Of a stretch of 64,000 bases of DNA, positions 25,970 to 34,136 are shown piece after piece. The notes beneath the pieces are model-generated. The model was given only the letters and a program-made list of their open reading frames with translations. It did no database searches and was not told the origin of the DNA. Numbering within the stretch: position 1 is the stretch's first letter; each line of letters opens with the position of its first letter. A program made the translations under genes and the position numbers. The DNA lies in assembly GCA_007375675.1 (NCBI GenBank), contig VMEU01000001.1, forward strand, positions 40,458-104,457, given 5' to 3'. This stretch comes from Parcubacteria group bacterium Greene0416_39 (GTDB lineage Bacteria > Patescibacteriota > Minisyncoccia > Minisyncoccales > UBA10102).

Positions 25970-26251
25970 TGCCGCGGGGGTGAATTGAACACCCGACGCC
26001 AGCCTCTTCCAAAGGCCGTTTTGGACTATCTCATCTCCCTTGAAAGGGAGTTGGGCGCTATTTGCAGGATTATTGTTGGGACTCACCCGCTAGTCTCTAC
26101 ACCTTCCGAGAAACTACTACCCTTCTCGGCTTGGCTCGGGATTGATCGTCCCAGACGATTTTTCCCCGAATTCACCCAATTTTTCAATCCGCCTTACGAC
26201 GGAAAGCCCCAAAGAGTTTAGGGCTGCGCTCTACCACTGAGCTACCGCGGC
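25970..26251 (-). tRNA. tRNA-Phe(GAA) interrupted by a 210-nt group I intron (exons 26220-26251 and 25970-26009)
   Basis: 5' exon GCCGCGGTAGCTCAGTGGTAGAGCGCAGCCCT; 3' exon GAAGAGGCTGGCGTCGGGTGTTCAATTCACCCCCGCGGCA. Joined, the anticodon loop is CTGAAGA. Confidence 0.8.
26010..26219 (-). mobile_element. Group I self-splicing intron in the tRNA-Phe anticodon loop (between nt 33 and 34)
   Basis: P1 pairs exon AGCCCU with intron GGGGCU, with U.G at the 5' splice site. P/Q/R/S-like elements AATTCGGGGAAA, AATCCCGAGC, GTGTAGAGACTAGCG, GAGATAGTCC. Terminal omega-G. No ORF inside. Confidence 0.8.
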
Positions 26252-26261
26252 ATCTGACAGT

Positions 26262-26960
26262 TTATGCAAAGAGCTGCTTTATGCCCTCTATCCATCCCAT
26301 AATCCGGTGGAAATTCTGTGTATCTCCTACACTAATCTGAATTGTCCCAAATGGCAAGCGGTTGTAAGGTCTTTTCCCCAAGCTCGATTTACTAATTCCG
26401 TAGTAAACTTTCTCAAATTGATTTTTAGGTAACCCAGTAATCTCTTGCCAATATTTTAATGCTGTTTGTTCGTTAGTATGTTTAAATATTCTTACGCCTG
26501 CTCTTACTCTAGATTCGGGTATTTTTAAGATGTTCTTTAAAAACTCTAGGAATACTTTAACCAGTATAGGGTCTGTATTACTTAAACTAATCTTATGGTA
26601 GGTACGCTCTTTTCCATTTTTGATTATTGGCTTTTTATATCCTTCTCCCCAGTAAAGCGCAGTTCCTATTAATAAAAGTTCTCTTTGCGACAGTTTTTTG
26701 ATTACTAACTTTGCATCTTTGCGTATTTGTTTTGCTTGCTGTTGGGCTAAGTGAGTTTGAAGTTGATTTTTCTTTATTAATCCTCTTAGAGATCCTTCGT
26801 GAACCCGCCGCTGAATTCTCGCATGAGCTTTTTCTGATAAAACAAGTCCGGTAAACCAGCCCGAAAGCGTAGCTTTCGGAATTCCAAGCTTGGTTGTAAT
26901 CTCGTTATAGCTATACCCCTGAAGACGTAGCGAGAGCGCCTTTTCCTTATCACTGCGCAT
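26262..26960 (-). CDS. HTH + LAGLIDADG-like protein; possible free-standing homing endonuclease
   Basis: 232 aa; N-terminal HTH YSYNEITTKLGIPKATLSGWF; LLLIGTALYWGEGYK resembles a LAGLIDADG motif. Lies 10 nt upstream of, and co-oriented with, the intron-containing tRNA-Phe. Confidence 0.4.
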   Translation of the reverse strand: MRSDKEKALSLRLQGYSYNEITTKLGIPKATLSGWFTGLVLSEKAHARIQRRVHEGSLRGLIKKNQLQTHLAQQQAKQIRKDAKLVIKKLSQRELLLIGTALYWGEGYKKPIIKNGKERTYHKISLSNTDPILVKVFLEFLKNILKIPESRVRAGVRIFKHTNEQTALKYWQEITGLPKNQFEKVYYGISKSSLGKRPYNRLPFGTIQISVGDTQNFHRIMGWIEGIKQLFA

Positions 26961-26991
26961 TACATATACTATAGCACAGCCAGTTCAGGTT

Positions 26992-27447
26992 TCAATATGG
27001 ATAACCCTGGAAGTAGTATTGCACCGCTTCCTTATAGGTATTTTCAAACTCTATACTATCAACTTCTTCTTTTGTTATCCACTTGAAAGCCTGATGTTCC
27101 GGGCTCAGCTGTATTTCTCCTTTTTGATAAGCACATTGAAAACCTACAAGGAAAATACAAAAATCGTTATCCCTGTACTGTGATTTTGTATCTTTAATAG
27201 GGTCAGGTTTTCGAATCCACGCGTGAAAGATTGGGCCAATTTCGTATTGCAGCGCCTCCCCTAATTCTTCTTTTGCTTCCCGCGCCAAGATTTCCCGCAA
27301 ATCTTTATGGATTTCTGATTTTTCCGTTCTGCCCCCAGGGAGCTCCCAAAGCCCTTCAGTATCTTGAAGGATCAAAAGTTTCTCGCCGTCTGCTATAAAG
27401 GCTTTCAGGCCGACATGGAAGGTTTGGTGTTCCCGTTTTTCTGGCAT
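26992..27447 (-). CDS. NUDIX hydrolase
   Basis: Nudix box GGRTEKSEIHKDLREILAREAKEELG. Confidence 0.8.
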   Translation of the reverse strand: MPEKREHQTFHVGLKAFIADGEKLLILQDTEGLWELPGGRTEKSEIHKDLREILAREAKEELGEALQYEIGPIFHAWIRKPDPIKDTKSQYRDNDFCIFLVGFQCAYQKGEIQLSPEHQAFKWITKEEVDSIEFENTYKEAVQYYFQGYPY

Positions 27448-27454
27448 GGTATTT

Positions 27455-27529
27455 TGGTGGGCAGCAGAGGATTCGAACCTCTAACCCCCGCGATGTAAAC
27501 GCGATGCTCTGCCGTTGAGCTAGCTGCCC
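27455..27529 (-). tRNA. tRNA-Val(TAC)
   Basis: Acceptor GGGCAGC/GCTGCCC; anticodon stem TCGCG/CGCGG, loop TTTACAT; T-arm AGAGG-TTCGAAT-CCTCT; CCA encoded. Confidence 0.75.
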
Positions 27530-27542
27530 CAATTCTGGTGGG

Positions 27543-27625
27543 TGCGCGGGAGAGGATTTGAACCTCCAAGCCTTGCGGCACTAGGCCCTCGACCTAGCGT
27601 GTTTACCGGGTTTCACCACCCGCGC
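27543..27625 (-). tRNA. tRNA-Leu(GAG), class II
   Basis: Acceptor GCGCGGG/CCCGCGC; anticodon stem CTAGG/CCTAG, loop TCGAGGG (C33); long variable arm; T-loop GGTTCAAATCC. Confidence 0.7.
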
Positions 27626-27630
27626 GTGCT

Positions 27631-28089
27631 CTACTTTGGAGGGTACAGTACTGTACCCTCCTTTGCTGGTTCCCCGCCCGCCTCACCCGCCAACATCTCC
27701 GAAGTTGTGGCGGGTTGGGCGGGTTCTGCCACTGCAATTCCTAATTCTTTTGCCTTGAGCTTTGCCCTCTTGCCTTTAGCTGTTCGCAAGTAGAAAAGCT
27801 TTGCCCTCCTCACTTTTGCGTGTTTCACCAGCTCAATTTTCTCAATGAGAGGGGAGTGGAGAGGGAAAATTCTTTCCACTCCTACGCCTTCAGCAACCTT
27901 TCTCACGGTTATGGTTCCTTGTATTCCTTTGCCGTGTTTGGCCGCAAGCACAAGGCCCTCAAATACCTGGATTCTTTCTTTATCTGTCTCTTTTACTTTT
28001 TGGTGCACCCTAACTATGTCGCCAGGCCGGACTTCAAGGAGGTCTTTTCTCAAATACTGTTGTTTGAATGTTTCAAGTTTAGTGGTCAT
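27631..28089 (-). CDS. rplS: 50S ribosomal protein L19 with a ~45-aa C-terminal extension
   Basis: MTTKLETFKQQYLRKDLLEVRPGDIVRVHQKV... is canonical L19. The last codons run through a perfect 24-nt palindrome at 27638-27661. Confidence 0.8.
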   Translation of the reverse strand: MTTKLETFKQQYLRKDLLEVRPGDIVRVHQKVKETDKERIQVFEGLVLAAKHGKGIQGTITVRKVAEGVGVERIFPLHSPLIEKIELVKHAKVRRAKLFYLRTAKGKRAKLKAKELGIAVAEPAQPATTSEMLAGEAGGEPAKEGTVLYPPK

Positions 28090-28744
28090 AGTTTTGTGTG
28101 TTACGAGATACAAGATTCTCTAAAACTTTCTGTAAATCTTGGGGCAGTTCTGACTTAAACTCTTTTTTACTTCCATCTCTCATACCTATCTTCAAGAAGG
28201 TTGCGTGGAGAAACTGCCGCTTGAGGCCTTGAGGGATGCTTTGGCCCTTGAAAGCGTAGAGTTTATCTCCTGCAATGGGGTGGCCAATGTGCGCAAGATG
28301 CGCTCTAATCTGGTGCTTTCTCCCGGTCTTTGGCGTTACCTCCAAGAGGGTGTATTTTTCAAAGCGCTGAAGAACCTCAAAGGAGCTTATAGCTTCTCGT
28401 TTCCCTTCAGATCCCGGTTCTCCTGCAAGATATACTTTTTGTTTCCTCTTGTCTCCCTTTGACCTTCCTACCAATGTTTCAATTGTTCCCTTGTTTTCCT
28501 TGACGTTGCCTTCCACAAGACAAACGTATTTTTTCTCCACCTTCCTTTGCTGGAATTGTTTTTGGAGAAAATCAAGAGTTTCTGGATTTTTGGCGACAAG
28601 GAGAACCCCTGAAGTATCCTTGTCGAGCCGGTGAGCTGGAAAGGAACCCTTCGGCAAGGCATTCTTGATCCCCTCAATATCAATACCAGCCGGCTTATCT
28701 ACAACCAGTAGCGTATCATCTTCATAGAGAATTTTCAAGTTCAT
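28079..28744 (-). CDS. RluA-family pseudouridine synthase
   Basis: Catalytic motif HRLDKDTSGVLLVAKN; start at MNLKILYEDDTLLVVDKPAG. Confidence 0.8.
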   Translation of the reverse strand: MNLKILYEDDTLLVVDKPAGIDIEGIKNALPKGSFPAHRLDKDTSGVLLVAKNPETLDFLQKQFQQRKVEKKYVCLVEGNVKENKGTIETLVGRSKGDKRKQKVYLAGEPGSEGKREAISSFEVLQRFEKYTLLEVTPKTGRKHQIRAHLAHIGHPIAGDKLYAFKGQSIPQGLKRQFLHATFLKIGMRDGSKKEFKSELPQDLQKVLENLVSRNTQNYDH

Positions 28745-28749
28745 GATGG

Positions 28750-28823
28750 TGGACGCACCCCGGCTCGAACGGGGGACCTTCACAATGTCAATGTGACGCT
28801 CTAACCAGCTGAGCTATGCGTCC
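28750..28823 (-). tRNA. tRNA-Val(GAC)
   Basis: Acceptor GGACGCA/TGCGTCC; anticodon stem TCACA/TGTGA, loop TTGACAT; T-loop GTTCGAGCC; CCA encoded at 28747-28749. Confidence 0.75.
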
Positions 28824-28827
28824 ATGG

Positions 28828-28900
28828 TGGGCGTGGATGGACTCGGACCATCGACCTCGGCCTTATAAGGACCTTGCTCTGACCACTGAGCTACACGCCC
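28828..28900 (-). tRNA. tRNA-Ile(TAT) candidate (AUA decoder); anticodon arm has a 27-43 A.G mismatch
   Basis: Acceptor GGGCGTG/CACGCCC; D-arm GCTC-AGTGGTCA-GAGC; anticodon stem AGGTC/GGCCG (4 pairs), loop CTTATAA; T-arm GATGG-TCCGAGT-CCATC; CCA encoded. Confidence 0.5.
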
Positions 28901-31900
28901 CCATTATACTTTTCTTGCCAATCAACCTTTCAAACTCTTCTCGCTCCAATGTTTCCTTTTCTATCAGGGCTTTGGCTATCTTGACAAGCGTTGGCCTTTT
29001 TTGTTTCAAAACGTTCTCCGCCTTTTTTCTCGCGACTTCTACAAGGCCAGATACCTCTTTATCTATTTCTTCGGCAAGTTTTTGGGAATAGTTCACATAT
29101 TCTCCAATGTGCGCGAACGGGTGCTCCTCCCTTTCTCCAAAAGTTACGGGTCCCAGCGATTCAGACATGCCGTATTCTTTCACGAGGCGCCGTGCAAGAT
29201 CTGAAGCCTGCTGAAGATCATTGCTCGCTCCCGTGGTCACATCTTTGAATACCAACTTCTCTGCGCAGTATCCTCCAAGAAACGTTGCGAGTTCATCCAA
29301 AAATTCTGCTCTGCTCTTTAAATGTTTTTCTTCTGAAGGGAGTTTCAAAGTGTATCCTCCAGCTCTTCCTCGGGATATGATGGAAACTTTGCGCACCGGG
29401 TCTGCGTGGGGGAGCGAAGAAGCAACCAAAGCATGGCCTGCTTCATGGTACGCGGTGATCTCTTTTTCTTTTTTGGAAAGAATGTGGCTTTTCCTTTCAG
29501 GGCCCAAGAGCACCTTGTCTATGGATTCCAGAAGTTCTTCTTGGGAGACTATGGTTTTGTTGCGCCTCGCAGTAAGAATTGCTGACTCGTTCATAAGGTT
29601 GGCAAGGTCTGCCCCTGAAAATCCTGGGGTTCTCTCTGCAATTTCCCGTAAAGAGGTTTTGGGAGCCAATGGTTTGCCCAAGGAATGAATCTTGAGGATT
29701 TCTTCCCTGTCATTCACGTCAGGAAGGTCAAGAACGATTCTTCGGTCAAAGCGTCCTGGCCTCAAAAGAGCAGAATCCAACACGTCAGGGCGATTGGTAT
29801 TGTGAAGTAGGATAGGGCTTTCTCCTCCAAAGAAAGCTTCATTCTCGCAGCCACAGAAATCGTAGACGTAACCGTCATAAGGCAACTTCCTGATCGACTT
29901 CACAATCGCTCGTTTCGTGCTTGCTTTTCCGATTTTTGGATCGAGGGGATTTTGTGTTTTCCCAAATCCAAGCCGATATGCCTTGGTTTCTTGGAGTGGC
30001 TTCCCATCCCTAATTTTTCTTCCCGCTTTCACCGTAAATTCACGAATATAGCTTTTGAATCCGTGCATTCGAGAAAGCCAGTTTAATCCAAGGATTAGAC
30101 GCTTGCTTACCGAAGTAAGCTCGAGGCGTCCTCGTGTATCGGTGTAACCGTCTCCTGCTGCATATCCTTTGAGAAATTCAGTGTAGTATTCCTTTGGAGC
30201 TTCAAAAAGGAACTGGGGCACCTGTTTATTTTTTGCGCCTTTCCCACAGTGAAACGCAAGGAAGCTTGCGACAGGCTTGCAGTGGTACACAATATTTATG
30301 GCGTTTTTGGTAATATGACGTTCCCGATCTGGTTCAAGGTGAAAGATGGTTTTCATCAGATATCTCACGTCTTCTATGTATTCCTTTTCCTTCTCATTGA
30401 AACAAAAATCGAGTTCTTTCCTGGCATAACCCTCGGCGGTATAGTATCCAAAAAGCCTCATCAATTCTGGGCTTACTTCCACTGTTTCTGGAAGTTGATC
30501 TTTATATTGGTAGTAATTCCTACTTAGCGCTCGCGGCACACAAATACCCTGTTGCCATTTTCCAATAGTTCTTTGAGAGAACCCCAGCATATTGCCAAGC
30601 TCTGTTTGCGACGTTTCTCCCTCATGAGTACGAGCAAATTGATACGCATACTCTACTGACTGAAAAGGCATAAAGAGTGGTTCCCATAGCTGGAGTTGGA
30701 GCTCGAGTTTCTGGCTAAACTTATGGCCCCGTATTTCTCTCCTGTTTTTATTGGTGCGATTTACTTTATATGGAAGATCTACAAGAATGTCCCCTGGTTT
30801 AATTTCACATACAGGTTTTGGAACCAGCCCTTGAGCATTCGTTCGTATAAATACAGAGTGATTCCCAGTAGTTCTGATAGTTCCTCCCATATATTCTACT
30901 TCGTAAATCTCCTGTACTTTGTGACGGAATACGCTCCGCACTTTCTTAAATGCGCTGTTCTGGAGATACGTCTTTTTTTGCGCAGAAAATCCTTTTCCAA
31001 TTTTCTTTTCAAACCCAAGCACCTCTAATCTTTGCGACGGTTTTTCTACTCCTTCTTCGCCCTCTTGATAGTAGGGGTCTATGACTTGATCGATAGGAAG
31101 AAGCTTATCCTCCCCATTTTCTCGAATTAGTACAGGAGTATCACCGGTAACGCTTGCACCCATCACTATGCGTTGATCGTCTCGCTCAAAGCCGTCCATT
31201 TCCACTAAGATTTGGTTTAAGGTTTGTTCTCGTTCCTCGTGTCCGCCCGTGAATCCAGAGCCCCTCGTGCGGCCAATGGCGTCTAATTCGTCAATAAAGA
31301 TAATGCTTCTCCCAGCCCTTTTTGCAGTAGAAAAGAGATCCCGAACTCTCGAGCTTCCCACACCCACGAACATTTCCACGAATTCAGAACCTGAAGCAGA
31401 AAAGAATGCGACTCCAGCTTCGTTGGCCACAGCTCTTGCCAACAGGGTTTTCCCTGTGCCGGGCGCCCCTACCAAAAGCACTCCTCTTGGGATGCGAGCT
31501 CCCATGTCTAGATACTTTTTTGGGTTCTTCAAAAAATCCACTACTTCCTGGAGCTCTTCTTTTGCTTCTTTGAGACCTGCAACGTCTTTGAACGTGACTT
31601 TTTCTTTTGTCTGGCCGTCTGCTCCAAATAACCTGGCGCGAGACTTTGTGAACTCAAACGCCTGCCCGAGTCCAGCTCTTGCCTGGCGGAACATCATCAA
31701 AAAGAAGAACACGAAAAAGAGCATGGGAAGAATCACAAACAGAAAAGGCGAAATCCAGGCCCCAATGCCGCCTTCCTTTCTCTGCTCAATTGTTACATTG
31801 TTTAATTGTTCTTTATCAACTCCTAAGTTGAGAAGCGTTTGGGAAAGAGAGGAATCAGACTCTTTGAGAGCAGCAACTTCAGAGCCGTCTTCCAAAGTTA

Positions 31901-32081
31901 CCTTGAGCGCAGTCCCCTCAAGAACAATGCTTTTGGTATTCCCCTTGTTGATGTCTTGCACAAGCTCGCTCAAGGAGATCTGCTTTTGAGCTTCAAACGG
32001 CCGTGCAAAAAGCGAAAACAGCGCCGAGAGCACCAGGAGCGCCACAAACGCAACAAGAAGGTTTTTAGAAAAGTTTTTCAT
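28863..32081 (-). CDS. ftsH: ATP-dependent zinc metalloprotease FtsH, interrupted by a 452-aa intein
   Basis: N-terminal TM; Walker [16 protein letters not shown]; Walker [10 protein letters not shown]; sensor-1 region split as IVMGA | intein | TNRPDVLD; protease HEAGHALVA. 3' end overlaps the tRNA at 28828-28900. Confidence 0.9.
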   Translation of the reverse strand: MKNFSKNLLVAFVALLVLSALFSLFARPFEAQKQISLSELVQDINKGNTKSIVLEGTALKVTLEDGSEVAALKESDSSLSQTLLNLGVDKEQLNNVTIEQRKEGGIGAWISPFLFVILPMLFFVFFFLMMFRQARAGLGQAFEFTKSRARLFGADGQTKEKVTFKDVAGLKEAKEELQEVVDFLKNPKKYLDMGARIPRGVLLVGAPGTGKTLLARAVANEAGVAFFSASGSEFVEMFVGVGSSRVRDLFSTAKRAGRSIIFIDELDAIGRTRGSGFTGGHEEREQTLNQILVEMDGFERDDQRIVMGASVTGDTPVLIRENGEDKLLPIDQVIDPYYQEGEEGVEKPSQRLEVLGFEKKIGKGFSAQKKTYLQNSAFKKVRSVFRHKVQEIYEVEYMGGTIRTTGNHSVFIRTNAQGLVPKPVCEIKPGDILVDLPYKVNRTNKNRREIRGHKFSQKLELQLQLWEPLFMPFQSVEYAYQFARTHEGETSQTELGNMLGFSQRTIGKWQQGICVPRALSRNYYQYKDQLPETVEVSPELMRLFGYYTAEGYARKELDFCFNEKEKEYIEDVRYLMKTIFHLEPDRERHITKNAINIVYHCKPVASFLAFHCGKGAKNKQVPQFLFEAPKEYYTEFLKGYAAGDGYTDTRGRLELTSVSKRLILGLNWLSRMHGFKSYIREFTVKAGRKIRDGKPLQETKAYRLGFGKTQNPLDPKIGKASTKRAIVKSIRKLPYDGYVYDFCGCENEAFFGGESPILLHNTNRPDVLDSALLRPGRFDRRIVLDLPDVNDREEILKIHSLGKPLAPKTSLREIAERTPGFSGADLANLMNESAILTARRNKTIVSQEELLESIDKVLLGPERKSHILSKKEKEITAYHEAGHALVASSLPHADPVRKVSIISRGRAGGYTLKLPSEEKHLKSRAEFLDELATFLGGYCAEKLVFKDVTTGASNDLQQASDLARRLVKEYGMSESLGPVTFGEREEHPFAHIGEYVNYSQKLAEEIDKEVSGLVEVARKKAENVLKQKRPTLVKIAKALIEKETLEREEFERLIGKKSIMGACSSVVRARSL
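29799..31154 (-). mobile_element. Intein in the FtsH AAA module (Ser1 ... Asn, +1 Thr) with degenerate LAGLIDADG-like endonuclease region
   Basis: [15 protein letters not shown] start; ...[10 protein letters not shown]|TNRPD end; [14 protein letters not shown] and [13 protein letters not shown] motifs; 1356 nt, in frame. Without it FtsH is ~620 aa. Confidence 0.8.
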
Positions 32082-32121
32082 GGCAGAAGTATTCTATATG
32101 AAATAAGGTAAAATTTCAAGA

Positions 32122-32159
32122 GAAAAAAATGAGGCCCCATTGCTGGCAACAATGGGGCC
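32122..32159 (-). terminator. Intrinsic terminator for the 32180-33307 gene
   Basis: GGCCCCATTG...CAATGGGGCC 10-bp stem followed, on the minus strand, by TTTTTTTCTC. Confidence 0.65.
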
Positions 32160-32179
32160 TATTAGGGTTATTGAGATGC

Positions 32180-33307
32180 TTAGTGCATCTTTACTTGGAT
32201 AGCCCTGCACCTTAGGAGTGCAAAGTTGTACCAGCGGCACTGGTTCTTTAGCGTTGAGGTACATATCCCTTCCCTGCATCTCTCTTGCCGAGAGGGTTCA
32301 AACCCGCCTTCCAGGCACATCTTCACGGTTTCCACGATCGTGTCCAGGGGTATCTTGGTGGCTGGGATATCAGGGCGAGAGCGTCCTCCATTAAGGATAT
32401 TGTTGGTCTCCTTGTGGAAGAACCATGTGGGATAATCTTTGAGCGCCCCCTCCTGCTCAATTTGCTTCCAGGGTATGTCGAGTTTGTTTCCCCGAGCCCA
32501 CTCTTCGCGAGATCTAAGGACGCGGACCACGTCTCGCATGTCAAGGCGTAGATGACTGGTAGGGAGGATCTGAATGTGACCGCTCGGATTCTTTACCACT
32601 ACCACTGCAGCGCCGAGGAAGCGCGCAAATGCGGGAGCTTTGGGGTCGTCCCCCTCTATCACCGTAATCCACTGCTGTTTGCCATTGAGTTGAAGCTCCA
32701 CCTGTCTCATGGGAAGGAGAGATGTGGCCGCGAACTGGTCCGCCTTTTTCAAATGTGCGTTTAGGGTCATCTCCGTATACTGGAGAACAGCATGCAGTCC
32801 CCAGCCTTGGAGCTGAAATTCCATGACTGTTACCGAGAGATCTAGCGCAAGGTTCGGTGGATTTTTGTCCGTGTGGAGGACTGCTCTTAAGATCTTCCTC
32901 CACCGGAACTCCTGGTCAAGCCCCAGGAACTTGGCAGCCAGGGTTGCGGCGCACTCGTTTTTCTGCGTCTGGTCGCCAGTGACAACATGTTCATCAACGA
33001 TCCTGTGCTTGTTGCCTTCGTCCCTAAATGCGGCACCAAGCCCAAGAAGAACGGTGTCCTCTCTTTGCGCGAGCTCCTCGACGTTGTCTTGTGCAGTGAG
33101 GCAGCGAAACTGCGCTGTGTTTACCCCAGGCAGCTTTTCTTCTCCATGTTGTTGAAGGAGAAGTACTGCCACCAACTCGTCCAGATGCGCTGGGCTTCCA
33201 TGAGTGACGATTTCTGTAATCATCAACCTCCCCCTTGTTGTAAACTCGAGGAGTAAGTCTTGTCCTCGGCTAGCCTTGCTTATATCATGTTCTGTAAGCT
33301 TTGTCAA
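32180..33307 (-). CDS. MYG1/UPF0160-family metal-dependent hydrolase (putative exonuclease)
   Basis: THGSPAHLDELVAVLLL matches the MYG1 N-terminal THxGxFHxDEALAxxLL signature; 375 aa. GC is visibly higher than in neighbouring genes. Confidence 0.55.
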   Translation of the reverse strand: MTKLTEHDISKASRGQDLLLEFTTRGRLMITEIVTHGSPAHLDELVAVLLLQQHGEEKLPGVNTAQFRCLTAQDNVEELAQREDTVLLGLGAAFRDEGNKHRIVDEHVVTGDQTQKNECAATLAAKFLGLDQEFRWRKILRAVLHTDKNPPNLALDLSVTVMEFQLQGWGLHAVLQYTEMTLNAHLKKADQFAATSLLPMRQVELQLNGKQQWITVIEGDDPKAPAFARFLGAAVVVVKNPSGHIQILPTSHLRLDMRDVVRVLRSREEWARGNKLDIPWKQIEQEGALKDYPTWFFHKETNNILNGGRSRPDIPATKIPLDTIVETVKMCLEGGFEPSRQERCREGICTSTLKNQCRWYNFALLRCRAIQVKMH

Positions 33308-33356
33308 TGTTTTTTATCGTTCAATACCTTGGAATCACTCCATGATATACTGAAAT

Positions 33357-34136
33357 ATGAAAATACTTGTTCTGTTACCATGTTTGTTTTTTCCTTTCTT
33401 GGCGTTTGCCCAGCCTATTCTCATCAATGAGATTGCTTGGATGGGGAGTTCAGTTGAGGGCGTTGATGCAAACCAGTGGTGGCGCTACGAATGGGTGGAG
33501 TTGTACAACAATGCAGATACTGTTGGAATGGTAGACGGTTGGATGTTGGAATTGTATCGCGACAAATTGGACTTTCGTATTCCCCTCAAAGGAGCAATTG
33601 AACCAAAAGGATATTTTTTGATTGGAGCTTCAGAGAAAATTAAGAATCTCAACCTCAACTACGCGAATCTTGCGGGAAAATTCGTGAACTCCGGACAAAA
33701 AATCGTTTTGAAAAACAGCGCAGGCGAAATTGTAGACGAGGTTGACCCCGTTAGAAGCGAGGCTTCTAACGGGGTTGATGCAACAAAAGGCTGGCCCGCA
33801 GGGGATAATGAAACTAAACGCACCATGGAGCGTGTAGCTGGGACTGTCCCAGCTACGTGGCAGACGAGCAGGGACTCGGGAGGAACGCCAAAGGCTCAAA
33901 ACAGCAGCGGAGCGGCGGCGAAGCTCATGGCGCAGAAGCTTAGCTTCCCTGGGAAGCTAAGCTTCAACAGCAAAGCCGTGGCTTTGAAGCCGAGCGAAAC
34001 AAAAAAAGACATTTCCATGTCTTCTGACGAAGAATCTCAAGACCTTTTCAATTCTACTGGTCTTGTTGCGTTGGTTCTTGCTCTAGGGTCGTCTGCTGCT
34101 GCGGTTCTGCTGCGGCGGCGCTTGTCGCGAGTCTAA
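33357..34136 (+). CDS. Secreted lamin-tail-domain (LTD) protein with C-terminal hydrophobic anchor
   Basis: Signal peptide; INEIAWMGS...EWVELYN...GWMLELY...GYFLIG is an LTD signature; C-terminal LVALVLALGSSAAAVLLRRRL. Confidence 0.7.
   Translation: MKILVLLPCLFFPFLAFAQPILINEIAWMGSSVEGVDANQWWRYEWVELYNNADTVGMVDGWMLELYRDKLDFRIPLKGAIEPKGYFLIGASEKIKNLNLNYANLAGKFVNSGQKIVLKNSAGEIVDEVDPVRSEASNGVDATKGWPAGDNETKRTMERVAGTVPATWQTSRDSGGTPKAQNSSGAAAKLMAQKLSFPGKLSFNSKAVALKPSETKKDISMSSDEESQDLFNSTGLVALVLALGSSAAAVLLRRRLSRV

Noticed and set aside
25910-26221. 103-aa ORF on the + strand covering the tRNA-Phe intron
   Set aside because: It lies entirely within the antisense of a structured group I intron and tRNA exon, has no motif, and the intron is too short to host an endonuclease.
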